NCBI GenBank assembly: GCA_001938485.1
Contig: MQRK01228686.1
Span: 62,001 to 117,208 of the forward strand
Reading direction: 5' to 3'
DNA: 55,208 bases
Source: Girardia tigrina
Lineage: Eukaryota
Part shown: one piece after another, positions 28,049-39,244 of the stretch
Position numbering within the stretch: position 1 is the first letter of the stretch
Layout of the letters: the number at the start of each line of letters is the position of its first letter
The notes under the pieces: generated by a model
The model's database searches: none
The model's input: only the letters and a program-made list of their open reading frames with translations
What the model was told of the DNA's origin: nothing
Position numbers and translations under genes: made by a program

Positions 28049-28567
28049 TTATTCATAACTAGAAACGTAATGAGCAACTTCCCAATTTGTCTTCAGGATG
28101 TGAGGTCCAGTCAGTCGGACACCGTCTTTGTCGATCACTGCCATTTGGTACTTGAGACTGGCGCGACAGTCTTGATAATACAGCACTTTCAACGCATCGA
28201 TTATTTCGATTTTCGCGTCCTCCTCACACAAATTCTCACACTGATTAGCAACATCTCGTAGTTTTGGTATTGCCAAGAATTTACCATAGCCAGTAGCGCA
28301 AATCTTGTCTTCAAAAGACTCTCCTTTCATATCAGTGACAATGTAAGAATTTCATAAGGGATCCATTTTCGTTCGCCGATCATAAAGAACGCGAGTGATA
28401 AAACTGTGTAAACCATTCGAAGTCATTTCGAACCCGTCGCCTTCTAAACGATCATTGTGTACTTTCTCTTTAATAATACCGTGAAGATATTGAAAATCTG
28501 CGATATCCCCAGTAAAACCGAGAACGGTCGTATTGTTGATTTTCTGAATTCTTTCAATGTCACTAAA
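28049..28567 (-). pseudogene. PSMB4: proteasome subunit beta type-4 (beta7) intronless 5'-truncated pseudogene
   Basis: FSDIERIQKINNTTVLGFTGDIADFQYL...GDG...LHSFITRVLYDRRTKMDPL*NSYIV-TDMKGE...ATGYG..LAIPKLR...LKVLYYQDCRA...TNWEVAHYVSSYE; a conserved Trp became TGA (28352-28354); about 12 codons deleted; N-terminus missing. Confidence 0.92.
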
Positions 28568-28569
28568 TA

Positions 28570-28730
28570 CTTTTCAGCGGTGTACTCACCATGAACGAAT
28601 TTATTGACATTGAAACTGTTATGTGCAATTACAGAACATAAGTGAATACTAGTAATCTTATAGTTGATCCTTTCGAAGCTTTCACAAGTTTTTACGCACA
28701 AGTTAACTCGATATATATTGTCAACCAAAT
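28570..28730 (-). mobile_element. degenerate SWIM zinc-finger segment of a MULE transposase
   Basis: YRVNLCVKTCESFERINYKITSIHLCSVI...KFVHGEYTAEKY follows the MULE pattern V.L...TCxC......IPCxH...V......FV...YT.E.Y, with some Cys lost. Confidence 0.55.
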
Positions 28731-29855
28731 GAATTGATTTAGTTGACGCTTTTACCGTCAGTTTTGTAGCTTTTACTCGTAAATAAATTCTATTTAAAAT
28801 TTAATCAAATAATTAACAGAAAAATAAATAAGAAAAAATATAAATTTTACAAATTGTGGAAATTTCTAAAAAAATAATATTTTTTTTCTCATTGAAAAAA
28901 AATAATTCGACAATTTTTCTTCATTTTTTTTATTTTTTTTCTTGAAAACCATACTAAATATTATAATTAAAAACTTTTATTAAAATTTTTCAAATATGAG
29001 AAAAGCACATTTTTTATCAAAATTAATAATCAATTAAAATAGTTATTTTTTTAAAAACAATATCGAAAACATTTAAAATTATTTTTAAAAAATTCAAATA
29101 AATAAATATCAAAATCTTTAAGAATTTTTTTTCAAACCACACATAAAAACTCGTAAATAAATTCCATTAAAAAATTAATCAAATAATTAGCATAAAATAA
29201 ATAAGCAAAAAAACATAAATTTTTCGAAATTTCTCAAATAAAATGATAATAAAAAAATTATTTTCCTCTTTCTTTTATTTTTTTACTCTTCTTGAAAATC
29301 ACACTAGAACCGACAATTCGGTTAAAATATCATTGTTAAATAATTAAATAATTTTTTTTCTCAAAAGAATCATCACTTTCCTTAATTAAAGTGACCGTTA
29401 ATAGTTTCCAAAAAAATCTTCCTTGGTCATTTCCTTCCATTAGCAGTATCAAAGCAATTATCGTGTTCAGTTTTCCGTTTGGTATTGTTCAAATCCACGC
29501 TGGGATATTTGATGGCCACAATAGCCGGCAACAAAAGATGATGATTTATTTAATGTTCTTCCGGCTACATACCGATATGGGATATTATTTGTTGTTTATC
29601 AATGGTCGGCTGTGAGAAAACATGACATCAATCATGCGTGAAAGACTGGAAACAATTATTCATTGTTAACTAATAATTAAAGGTTTGAGATTAATAATAA
29701 CTAAGTTTTTTTTATAATGTCTAATCGATTCTGAGTTTGGAGATTTTATAATTGCAAAAGAAAAATGGGAAAAAAATTAGTAAGAATTTCGACGAAATCT
29801 CTCGACTGGCATGTTTCCAAGTCGAGAGAGTTTTGAATCGGTTTTATGATTTTGA

Positions 29856-30547
29856 CACTAGAACTACCTATTTCTACCAAACAAACTTGTTAGTTTAGTG
29901 GGTGTATTCTGATGAAATTTCAGAAGACATTTTTGAAACTTTTAACAATATAACATAATATTTAAATCAGTTTTGTTTAATTAAATTTCTGAGGAACACT
30001 TTTTTCGTTTTTCTTGTATAAACCAATAATACCAAAATAAATTGTATCTATAAATATATTTTAATCAACTTATATCCTGTCGGTAATGATTATGTAATCA
30101 ATACGTCATCAATAAATCATTTCAAAACCCTCAATAAAGTTGTCGAGAGTGCAAAAATGAATGATTTATTGATGACATATTTTAATTAAATGTCAATTTT
30201 ATCATTTTTTGAAATCTTTAATATTGTATTTTTTTTAAACTATAATACGTTATTGAAACCTTTTTTAAAAATTTTTTATATCTTTTTAAATCACTTCGTA
30301 CTTATTTTTGTATTTTAAAAAATTTATATTAATTTGTAAAAAGTTGTTTAATTAGATTTTAATTCTAAAACTTAGAAGAGTTTCCCGAAATTCGCTCTAA
30401 ACATTTATTATAAAAATGGAATTTTAGAATCAAAATAATTCAGGATGTTATTAAATACATAAAATTAGAAAAAATCATAAAATTTAAATAGGAATCTTGC
30501 GAAAAATTGATACCAGCGGCCATTTTGACCGGTTGGTGGTTCTATTT
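29856..30547. mobile_element. piggyBac-type MITE (CACTAGAAC termini)
   Basis: TTGA|CACTAGAACTACC ... GGTGGTTCTATTT|TTAA; subterminal GGCCATTTTGACC; internal 17-bp inverted repeat at 30105-30176. Confidence 0.6.
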
Positions 30548-31250
30548 TTAAGGAGAAAAAGATGACAATTAGACGTAATCAAACCCGAGAAAGGGCGTGT
30601 CAATGTTTTGCTTTTTGATAATGATGTCAACTAAAATATCTTGTTTGTTTGTTTTAATGCGTCCATAAAGACTTTGATTAAACAAATTTTCTTTGATAAA
30701 TGACGCTCAGCGTCAATTATCAGTCATTTTGCTTATGGTATTAGACAATAAAACCTTGTAAAAATCAGTTGGTTTCAGTTCAACAAAACGTATGATTAAA
30801 TTAATACGTTTACGTTTTAACGTTTTTCTTTAATCAATAGCATTTGAAATGGTCCGATGGTTATTGAAGATTTTTCTCACAGAGATTACTTATTTTTTAT
30901 AACAAAAGTTTTGTTTTTTATTTATCTTTTATTTACGTTTTAGTCAAATGAAGAAAACTAAGTTTTAAATTAAAATAATTTGTTGATTTGTTTTTAATTT
31001 TTATTAAAAATGGAATGAAGATGTTAAATGTTAACGTGTCACAATGTTGTAACATGTGAACGTTTATGGGTGGAAGGGCGCATCCACGTCGTTTGACTTA
31101 ACATTTTCATGATTTTAAAATGAGAAAAATTATTTTAAATAAACATTTTTTGCTATACAATTTATTTTTCAAATTAGACATTTTTCTATAAATTATAAAT
31201 TTAATAAATTTGTTTAAATATTAAATAAAAATCTATATTATTGTAAATCC

Positions 31251-31850
31251 ATGAAAGATCAACCAACAGAACAAACTCAAAATAGCCGCGCAAATAAATA
31301 CAGTAGCGTGTCTAAAGAGAAAAGGTCTTTAGTCCTATCAGGCTAGTTGAAGGTCTTAGGCATTCGATTAAAGAAGCATCATCAATTTTGGAGATAAATG
31401 CAAGCACTGCTCGAAATATCGTAAGGGAGAAACGAACCAAAAATCGAGTATTAAAGAAAAATGCTGGAGGTGTACGTAGAGTTGCTATGAATCCTGAGAT
31501 TTTATTGAAAATCGAAGAATTATTATCTGAAAATAATTTAACGACTTTAAAAGAGCTACAATTAAAAATTACTCAATCATTTAATACAAAAATTTCTTTA
31601 TCTACAATCAACAAAGGAATTAGTGATATTGGGATTACAAGGAAGGTAGGATACAAAGAACTTTATAGGGTAAATGCTGCCAGAAGCATTGCTCTTAGAA
31701 GAGAATGCGCTTTGTGGTTTAATAACTACTTTGAATCTAACTTTTCAAAGATGTATTGTATTGACTCATCTTCTTTTAATCTTCATATGCTACGTTAATA
31801 TGGGAGATCCAAAAAAGGATCCAGAGTTATTGTTTTATACAAGCTTCTAG
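31251..31850 (+). mobile_element. IS630/Tc1-like transposase N-terminal half, degenerate
   Basis: INASTARNIV...GGVR, TTLKELQ..ISLSTINK..IGITRK, YCIDSSSFNLHMLR*YGRSKKG (first catalytic D region). Confidence 0.85.
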
Positions 31851-32446
31851 TCCCATAAATAAAGTTATAAGGATAAGAAAAGATAAGAGTTAATATAGAA
31901 CACAAAATAAGAGTTTATCAAAATACATAATTATATTACTCTTAATAACACTAGTCTTTTCAAAGTTAAAAATTTTCCTATACGAAGTTATCTTACAAGT
32001 GAACCTAATCCATGTCCATTGACATTTCCCCTTGGTTGTTGAGTTTTAAACAGAAGAAGCGCAAAAATTATTGCTACAAAAAAAGAAGACGAATTCGAAA
32101 GAGATCTCCTCTAAAGAAGTAATAACTGAATCCAATAATCTTCTTGATCCATTCATTTTCTTCATTTTACAACTGCGAAGAGAATGTTTGTTTTCTACAA
32201 ATTGTTTATATTTAATTAGATTTATAAAATAAATATTATGAGTGATTAATGAGAATGGTTTACAAATAGTAATTATAATAATCAAAATCTGCTCCGTAAA
32301 GGCTGTATGAAGTACCGAAATACTGTCAGACAGAAAAAATATAATTATTTTATAATATAATAATCGTACAACATAATACTTCAGTAAATTGATTGTTTTT
32401 TTGTCTGCTCAAATTTTCAATTGATTACCGCAACTTATTTCATGAA

Positions 32447-32890
32447 TGTGAGGAATATTTGAATGTTTGATGTTTTGTGTTTGAATGTGTATGTTGATTT
32501 GGAATTGTGTCTCTCCTACCCAGATGGATGATTAATATTTTAATTATTATTATCTGAAAATATGTAATGTTTAAATTTATTTCTATTTCAAATTAATTGT
32601 AAAATTTTAAATAACTTTATTAAATTTTATTTACAAATTTTAAGTAAATAAATTGAATTAAAAATCTTAATAATAATAATTAATAATCATTTTTATTTTT
32701 AACAAATAAAATTTTGAATAAATATTTTAACAATTTATTTAATTCTCCATTTGCTTAAATAATAAGATTAAAGTCATTAATCAATCAATTAGAATGCAAT
32801 CGTACGAAAGCATTGACAAAGATTGTCTTGAGGACAATCAAATTTGTTATGTTAATAAAAATATTAAAAGTCAAATTGGTGATCTTAATA
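32447..32890 (+). mobile_element. copy C of Mutator-like terminal repeat plus start of ORF
   Basis: TGTGAGGAATATTT...CTCCTACCCAGATGG; ATG at 32794 gives MQSYESIDKD...VNKNIKSQI, homologous to the ORF start after copy D. Confidence 0.6.
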
Positions 32891-33824
32891 ATGAAGTGAT
32901 ATTAAAAATAACAATAATAATAGTAATTATTATTATTATTGTTGCTTAACAAAGATAACCGACAATTAATTTTCAAATATTCAAAAATTTATGAATTCGC
33001 CAAATCCTAACAACATCATTACTATTCCAAGAAGCACCCTCCCGAGATTAAGTTGTCGCCGGTAATAACTGATAATATAATGATTGTGGTTTTCTGTTTA
33101 CCAAAGAAAATGTTTCCTTTGGATTTAAAATAATCTGAAAAACAATTTCCGTCGGAGTTTCATGGAGATTAATTTGTCGATAACTGTTAAAATGAAATAT
33201 TGTGCGATTTGGGAGAGAATTAGCTCTAATCTTAGACGTCAATTAAAGAGTTAGATTAGTTTCCAAATATATTGGAAATATCGTTTTAAGGAATGATTAA
33301 TCTAAACAATAATTGAAAACCCTAAAATTAAATATTAAGAAAAACTATATAAAGTTAATTTAAAATCTGATCCGTTCAGATAAAACATATTTTATCGTAG
33401 GCAAAACGTACATAAATCGAAAAGTCATTTTGGTTTATGGAAGCTTTTCTTTGGAATCCTATAGTTTCTAGGCACTAAGATGACTGAAAAGATTAGAAGA
33501 CAAACTTTATTCATATTTTATTCTTCAAGGGGATATGAAGATCAAAAGCACAATCAAATAAACCATAATCAAAAATTTGATCATTTATGGGGAGGATTCT
33601 GATAAGCATCTGAGAGATCCAGTAGAGGTATCCTTTATACAGCCTGACGGTTTAATACTAATTTTAGTATATATTTAATAAAATTTAAGTATATTAATGA
33701 CCATATTAGTTATTTCAATAATTCTTCTATTAATAATTTCGTTATCTTATAAAGAAGTTTAACATTTTATACAAAACATTGTTTCAAAATTCGATTAATT
33801 TTTTTGAAAAAACGTTTTGTACCA

Positions 33825-35850
33825 GGGAGGGAAAAATCAGAATGTTGTAAGTTTGTTGTTTGTATGCTGTTTAGATTGGTGACTCTCCTACTCAGATGGG
33901 ATTGATATGTTATTGATTAATTATTTAAATCTGACAAATTAATTTAAGGAAATTAATGTTTAAATACTAATTAATTAAAAGTTTTATAATTATAAATTTT
34001 AATAATATTTTTAGTTAACTAATTTATTGAATTTAACTTATTGAATTTAATATATTTTAAAAACTAATGTTTATTTTAAAAATTACTTAATGCATTTTTA
34101 TCCAATAAAATTTTGAGAAATTAAAAGTTAATATAATTCTAATTTCATTAATTAATTTAAAGATTCAAATATAGCTACAAACACATATTAACCAAGAATG
34201 ACGCTTCCCGCAGAAATTGATACTGAAAATGTTCGTGTTGTTAATAAATGTTTACACTCAAATTGAGATGTTACTAATAGAACCTTTCGAAAATATTTGT
34301 AGGATTTTATTCATCTAGTTATACAACTTTTTTGGACAAATAGTTGAAGAATCTGAAATAAGAAAAGGTTACAAATAAGTTATATCTGTCGTTTGTTGGG
34401 ATCTATACAGGGTGCGGCAGCTATTTGAGAACAAAATGACATAAAGTTCAAAAAATGAATATACAACAGAAAAATAACTTTTATTACAATTTAAAATTTT
34501 ACATATATTAACACGTACATAAAGNNNNNNNNNNNNNNNNNNNNNNNNNNNNNNNNNNNNNNNNNNNNNNNNNNNNNNNNNNNNNNNNNNNNNNNNNNNN
34601 NNNNNNNNNNNNNNNNNNNNNNNNNNNNNNNNNNNNNNNNNNNNNNNNNNNNNNNNNNNNNNNNNNNNNNNNNNNNNNNNNNNNNNNNNNNNNNNNNNNN
34701 NNNNNNNNNNNNNNNNNNNNNNNNNNNNNNNNNNNNNNNNNNNNNNNNNNNNNNNNNNNNNNNNNNNNNNNNNNNNNNNNNNNNNNNNNNNNNNNNNNNN
34801 NNNNNNNNNNNNNNNNNNNNNNNNNNNNNNNNNNNNNNNNNNNNNNNNNNNNNNNNNNNNNNNNNNNNNNNNNNNNNNNNNNNNNNNNNNNNNNNNNNNN
34901 NNNNNNNNNNNNNNNNNNNNNNNNNNNNNNNNNNNNNNNNNNNNNNNNNNNNNNNNNNNNNNNNNNNNNNNNNNNNNNNNNNNNNNNNNNNNNNNNNNNN
35001 NNNNNNNNNNNNNNNNNNNNNNNNNNNNNNNNNNNNNNNNNNNNNNNNNNNNNNNNNNNNNNNNNNNNNNNNNNNNNNNNNNNNNNNNNNNNNNNNNNNN
35101 NNNNNNNNNNNNNNNNNNNNNNNNNNNNNNNNNNNNNNNNNNNNNNNNNNNNNNNNNNNNNNNNNNNNNNNNNNNNNNNNNNNNNNNNNNNNNNNNNNNN
35201 NNNNNNNNNNNNNNNNNNNNNNNNNNNNNNNNNNNNNNNNNNNNNNNNNNNNNNNNNNNNNNNNNNNNNNNNNNNNNNNNNNNNNNNNNNNNNNNNNNNN
35301 NNNNNNNNNNNNNNNNNNNNNNNNNNNNNNNNNNNNNNNNNNNNNNNNNNNNNNNNNNNNNNNNNNNNNNNNNNNNNNNNNNNNNNNNNNNNNNNNNNNN
35401 NNNNNNNNNNNNNNNNNNNNNNNNNNNNNNNNNNNNNNNNNNNNNNNNNNNNNNNNNNNNNNNNNNNNNNNNNNNNNNNNNNNNNNNNNNNAAGAGTAGC
35501 TTCTGCCATGTCTACCAGCAAAAATAAAATTATGTAATTATAACACACAAAAAGATATGGTGTCTATATTACGTGTTCTCAAATAGCTGCCGCACCCTGT
35601 ATATTATTTTCGCACTTTTGTCAAATGATGTTCTAGTTGACCCCTTGAGATCGTATATGAAGGTCACTCGCTTGAAAGATGCTTATTGCACGTGTCTGCC
35701 TTGTCATATGAGCCTCTTATTTTGTCGCCAACAAAATTTTTGTCGTCATTATTTTATTGAATATTTATTTTATTTATATCATGACCTTAGGAGTCGTCAA
35801 TTACTTTGCCAATGAAAGTTCGGAACATTAATAATATTTGGATGTGAAAG
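33825..35850 (+). mobile_element. copy D Mutator-like element 5' end with degenerate N-terminal zinc-finger-like ORF, split by a Tc1/mariner insertion
   Basis: CTCCTACTCAGATGG core; ATG at 34198 MTLPAEIDTENVRVVNK..., later SYICRLLGS, resuming after 35601 with RLKDAYCTCLPCHM...IEY..YHDL. Confidence 0.45.
34408..35599 (-). mobile_element. young Tc1/mariner element, interior in assembly gap (N 34525-35491)
   Basis: Perfect TIR CAGGGTGCGGCAGCTATTTGAGAACA at both ends, TA TSD; minus-strand ATG (MAEATL) runs into the gap. Confidence 0.9.
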
Positions 35851-36303
35851 AAAATCAAGATAGATAATTTTCGCGAATCATCTAAATTGATTCTTTTACA
35901 TAAATCAATCGTACATCTATCATGTATATCGTTTAACTAATTTAAGAGTATTGACCAAAACTTATATTGTCGACGTAGAGTTTTCGTTTCTCTTAAATCA
36001 CCTAAAGTACTTAGGTCAAATGACCTCATTCAAAAAATTGGAGCCAAACTTATTTTAAGATATTTTGTTTTTGGATCTTCATTTATATACATATTTTAGG
36101 TTCATACATATTTAAATGTTTCAAGTCACACTAAGTACAATAAATAATTTAAAATAGAAAAAAGTTCAAATAAAGAGTCATATGTATATGCAAATAGTAA
36201 CTTACAAAAGTATTTTCGTATTTCATCCCATTTTATTCTTTAAAGTTGTATCTGTTATTTATTATTTTTCTAGTTAAAATCAAAAACTGGTTTGGGTGGG
36301 TGA

Positions 36304-36612
36304 GCTAATATTGTTCATCATTTTGATGTCACGGATGTCAGAATTCGTACATTGGAGAGACACACCGTCATCCCCATACTCGGTTTAATGAGCACACATC
36401 ATCTAAACGGGCTAGTAAGGTCTGTAAGCATTGGAAGTCGTATTAAAATAAGGAATCAGCTGATATAGAGAATGCATTCTCAATTCTGATTTCGAAATTT
36501 GATACGCAATTTGAAAGGCACTTTTGCGAGTCATTATTGATCAGACATCGCAACCATTTTATAAACATTCAAAAAGGAAATAGTAAAGCTGTCACAATGT
36601 GAATATTTTCTT
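36304..36612 (+). mobile_element. Penelope GIY-YIG endonuclease fragment 1
   Basis: ANIVHHF*CHGCQNSYIGETHRHPHTRFNEH...ERHFCESLLIRHRNHFINIQKG (not in the ORF track because of stops). Confidence 0.85.
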
Positions 36613-36760
36613 TGTATATTGTGATAAATTAATCAAGTTTGAATTTGAGTCTATAATTATATATATATATATATGTGTGTGTGTTTTCTAGTCTGGTAAA
36701 CAATAGATTGATAATATTCGAATAAATATTTGATAAAGCGATTTTTAAAAATTTTTTAAT

Positions 36761-36800
36761 ATAGAACAGGTTTCGATCAGCTTTGATCATCATCAGCTAT
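36761..36800 (-). ncRNA. minimal type I hammerhead ribozyme in an inverted Penelope pseudo-LTR
   Basis: Minus strand AUAG-CUGAUGA-U-GAUCA-aagc-UGAUC-GAAA-CCUGUU-CUAU; ATTAAA immediately downstream; TATA-like sequence about 40 nt upstream. Confidence 0.82.
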
Positions 36801-36879
36801 CCATTAGTGTTTGATTTAATTGGTTAAAATATAATCTATAAAATATCGACAATGTTAGAATAGTTCAGTAACATCTAAA

Positions 36880-37235
36880 GTGACAGATTTCCTTACAGTG
36901 AAATCGAGAAATAACTGTGCATTGAAAGCTAATCTTGTACATAAATTTATGTGTCACGGGTGTCGCAACTCGATCATTGGAGAGACAAATCGTCATCTCA
37001 AAACACGTATTAGTGAACATTCACAGCCAAGTCGATCGAGTAAGTTTTGGGATTATTATGTTTGTTGCAAGAATAGAACCTCTTCCATCTCAAAATATGA
37101 TTTTTCTATTCTTCAAACCAAATTGATTCACATTATGACAGGTTATATTGTGAATCCATGTTAATCAGGCACTATAACCCATTGATTAACATCCAAAAGG
37201 GAAAGTGCAGGACAACGACAATATTAAATATTTAA
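36880..37235 (+). mobile_element. Penelope GIY-YIG endonuclease fragment 2
   Basis: ANLVHKFMCHGCRNSIIGETNRHLKTRISEH...(frameshift) CESMLIRHYNPLINIQKG. Confidence 0.85.
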
Positions 37236-37382
37236 AATTAATTAACTTTTGTCCAATCCTAAATATTAATAATTTTATTTTTTGTAACATAAACAACCAT
37301 CTTTTAATTAGCGCCCTTATATTGTTCTTATATATATATTATATATTCTAAAGTTCTTTCACCATTTGTCATCATTCTAATT

Positions 37383-37769
37383 CCTAGGTTCTCAATCTTT
37401 TTGAAGTCTGGGAACACTAAACTTTAACATTAATTCCTGTGGACACTTGCAATAATAGGCTAGAAAATACGAAGATGCATGAATACCTGTACGAAGCCCG
37501 TCCGTCATTTTCGTGAAAAATATCTGATCATTATATCAATCAAGAATACATATTTTGTGATAATTTAAATCAAATAAATGATGACTAGAATATTTCGTAT
37601 GACTAACTGTGCCACCCGGTCTAGTATGTTACAAATTACATCATTGGCATTTGCTGATTACATTATCATTATTTTACAATTTTAATTCTAAATTTCATTT
37701 TTTCGCAGAACACTTGTTATGTCTTCGCGGATTACAAGTGTTCCACGGAGCACGGTTTGAGAACCACGG
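37383..37769. mobile_element. hAT (Charlie-like) MITE
   Basis: TIRs CCTAGGTTCTCAA / TTGAGAACCACGG; 8-bp TSD TTCTAATT / TTCTAAAT. Confidence 0.8.
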
Positions 37770-37777
37770 TTCTAAAT

Positions 37778-38176
37778 AGTGTTATTTCTGAATTTTTAAT
37801 AATGATTATTCGAATAAATTTCCTAATTTTTCAATAACATTTATTATTATTTTAACTTTAAAATATTTTATAAAATTATAATAAATAATTAAACTAATTT
37901 AAAAATTATTTAAAACTCTAAAATGTCTTTAATTAAAACTTAAACAAGTTTTTTTTTCATTTTTGAAAATAGATTAATTAAAAATTACTCTATTACTTAA
38001 ATTTAAATTTTGTCGGATTATTAAATTTTCATTAATTTAAAAATGTAAATTCAGTTCGAAATATCAGTTGTCGTAAATACAATAAATCACTAATTTTCCA
38101 ACTGGGTGGGCGATTCAAATTTCAGCACTCTCAAATAAACACACCACATACATACACAATATAAATATTCCTCACA
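37778..38176 (-). mobile_element. short non-autonomous Mutator-like copy (terminal repeat copy E, inverted)
   Basis: Reverse complement TGTGAGGAATATTT...CGCCCACCCAGTTGG at 38098-38176; subterminal block of copy B at about 37793. Confidence 0.65.
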
Positions 38177-39244
38177 TATATAAATTAATAATAATAATAT
38201 TTTTGTTAATATTAAAATAAGTTAGGACAATTTATATTTGATGGGAGTCTGTGTTTTGTCATATGTCATTCTTTCAATAATTATAAAAAGTCTTGAGAGT
38301 TTACTCAACATTCTGAGTTATTATTAATATTTTTAGATTTTTGGCAATATATTTTCATAATATATTTTTATAATAGCAAAGTAATTCCTTTTTTAATTTC
38401 GTTTTTTATATCAAAAGAAAACTATATTAATAAGTAAAAATTGTTATAAATTAATCTGAAAAAATTGATTAAATTTCCTTTTAATTTGTTTATTTCTCTC
38501 TGATTTACTTTTATATATAAAACTATATCGAAATTAAATTCAGTTCAATGAAACAAAATCGCATTGTAAAGGTATATAATCTTTGCCGGGCAGGGAGAGG
38601 ATTAGACTATTAAGTTTCGCCTATTTGCTTTAATATTGTTTCAAGAGTACTTTACAATTTTATCCGCTGATAAGAATACCATTTTAGGGGAAAATATAAG
38701 CGACTCCCTACATTTTATAATATGTGAATTATAACAATTCGTCTTTCCACGATCGTTGCGGTAGGTGCCCAAGTGGCTCACGACGGCTACTTCGTTACTG
38801 GATTTCCGAAACTTAAAAGGATTAAGAGGAGATTTTTCAAAAATATAAATCATTGTTAAAAAGATTTTCAAGATTTCTTAAAATGCGCTCAAAATAAAGC
38901 AAATATTATTAATTTGTATTATTTGACTTAAAAGAAGAAATTTCTTTTCAATAATTACAACAACTGATTTTTATTTTTAAAAATATCAACAGAATTGAAC
39001 AATCTTTTAAGACGATTTTATTGTTTCATTTTCTTCTTTCTTTTTTCTTCTTTTCTTTTTTATTTATTTTAAAATAAATGATTATGAATAATGAGGGTTA
39101 GCTTAGAGTTAGAGTTAAGGTTAGGGTTACGTGAGGTTGTATACATATTAAGGTTAACCCAAATTAAAATAAAAAAACAATACAACGGTTACTCATTACA
39201 ATTTTTTATCATCTTTCAAGTTTCCATTTTGATAATATTTTCAC

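Larger units (their letters stand above)
27628..29310 (+). repeat. three dispersed ~160-bp AT-rich direct repeats (about 27628-27800, 28775-28950, 29148-29310)
   Basis: Each starts ACTyGTAAATAAATTCyATT.AAA.TTAATCAAATAATTA; the first two also share ATTCGACAATTTTT. Confidence 0.8.

Noticed and set aside
28352-28354. TGA at a conserved Trp of PSMB4 as evidence of a variant genetic code
   Set aside because: The downstream Trp (TNWE) uses TGG and the copy is truncated and deleted, so a simple TGG>TGA mutation explains it.
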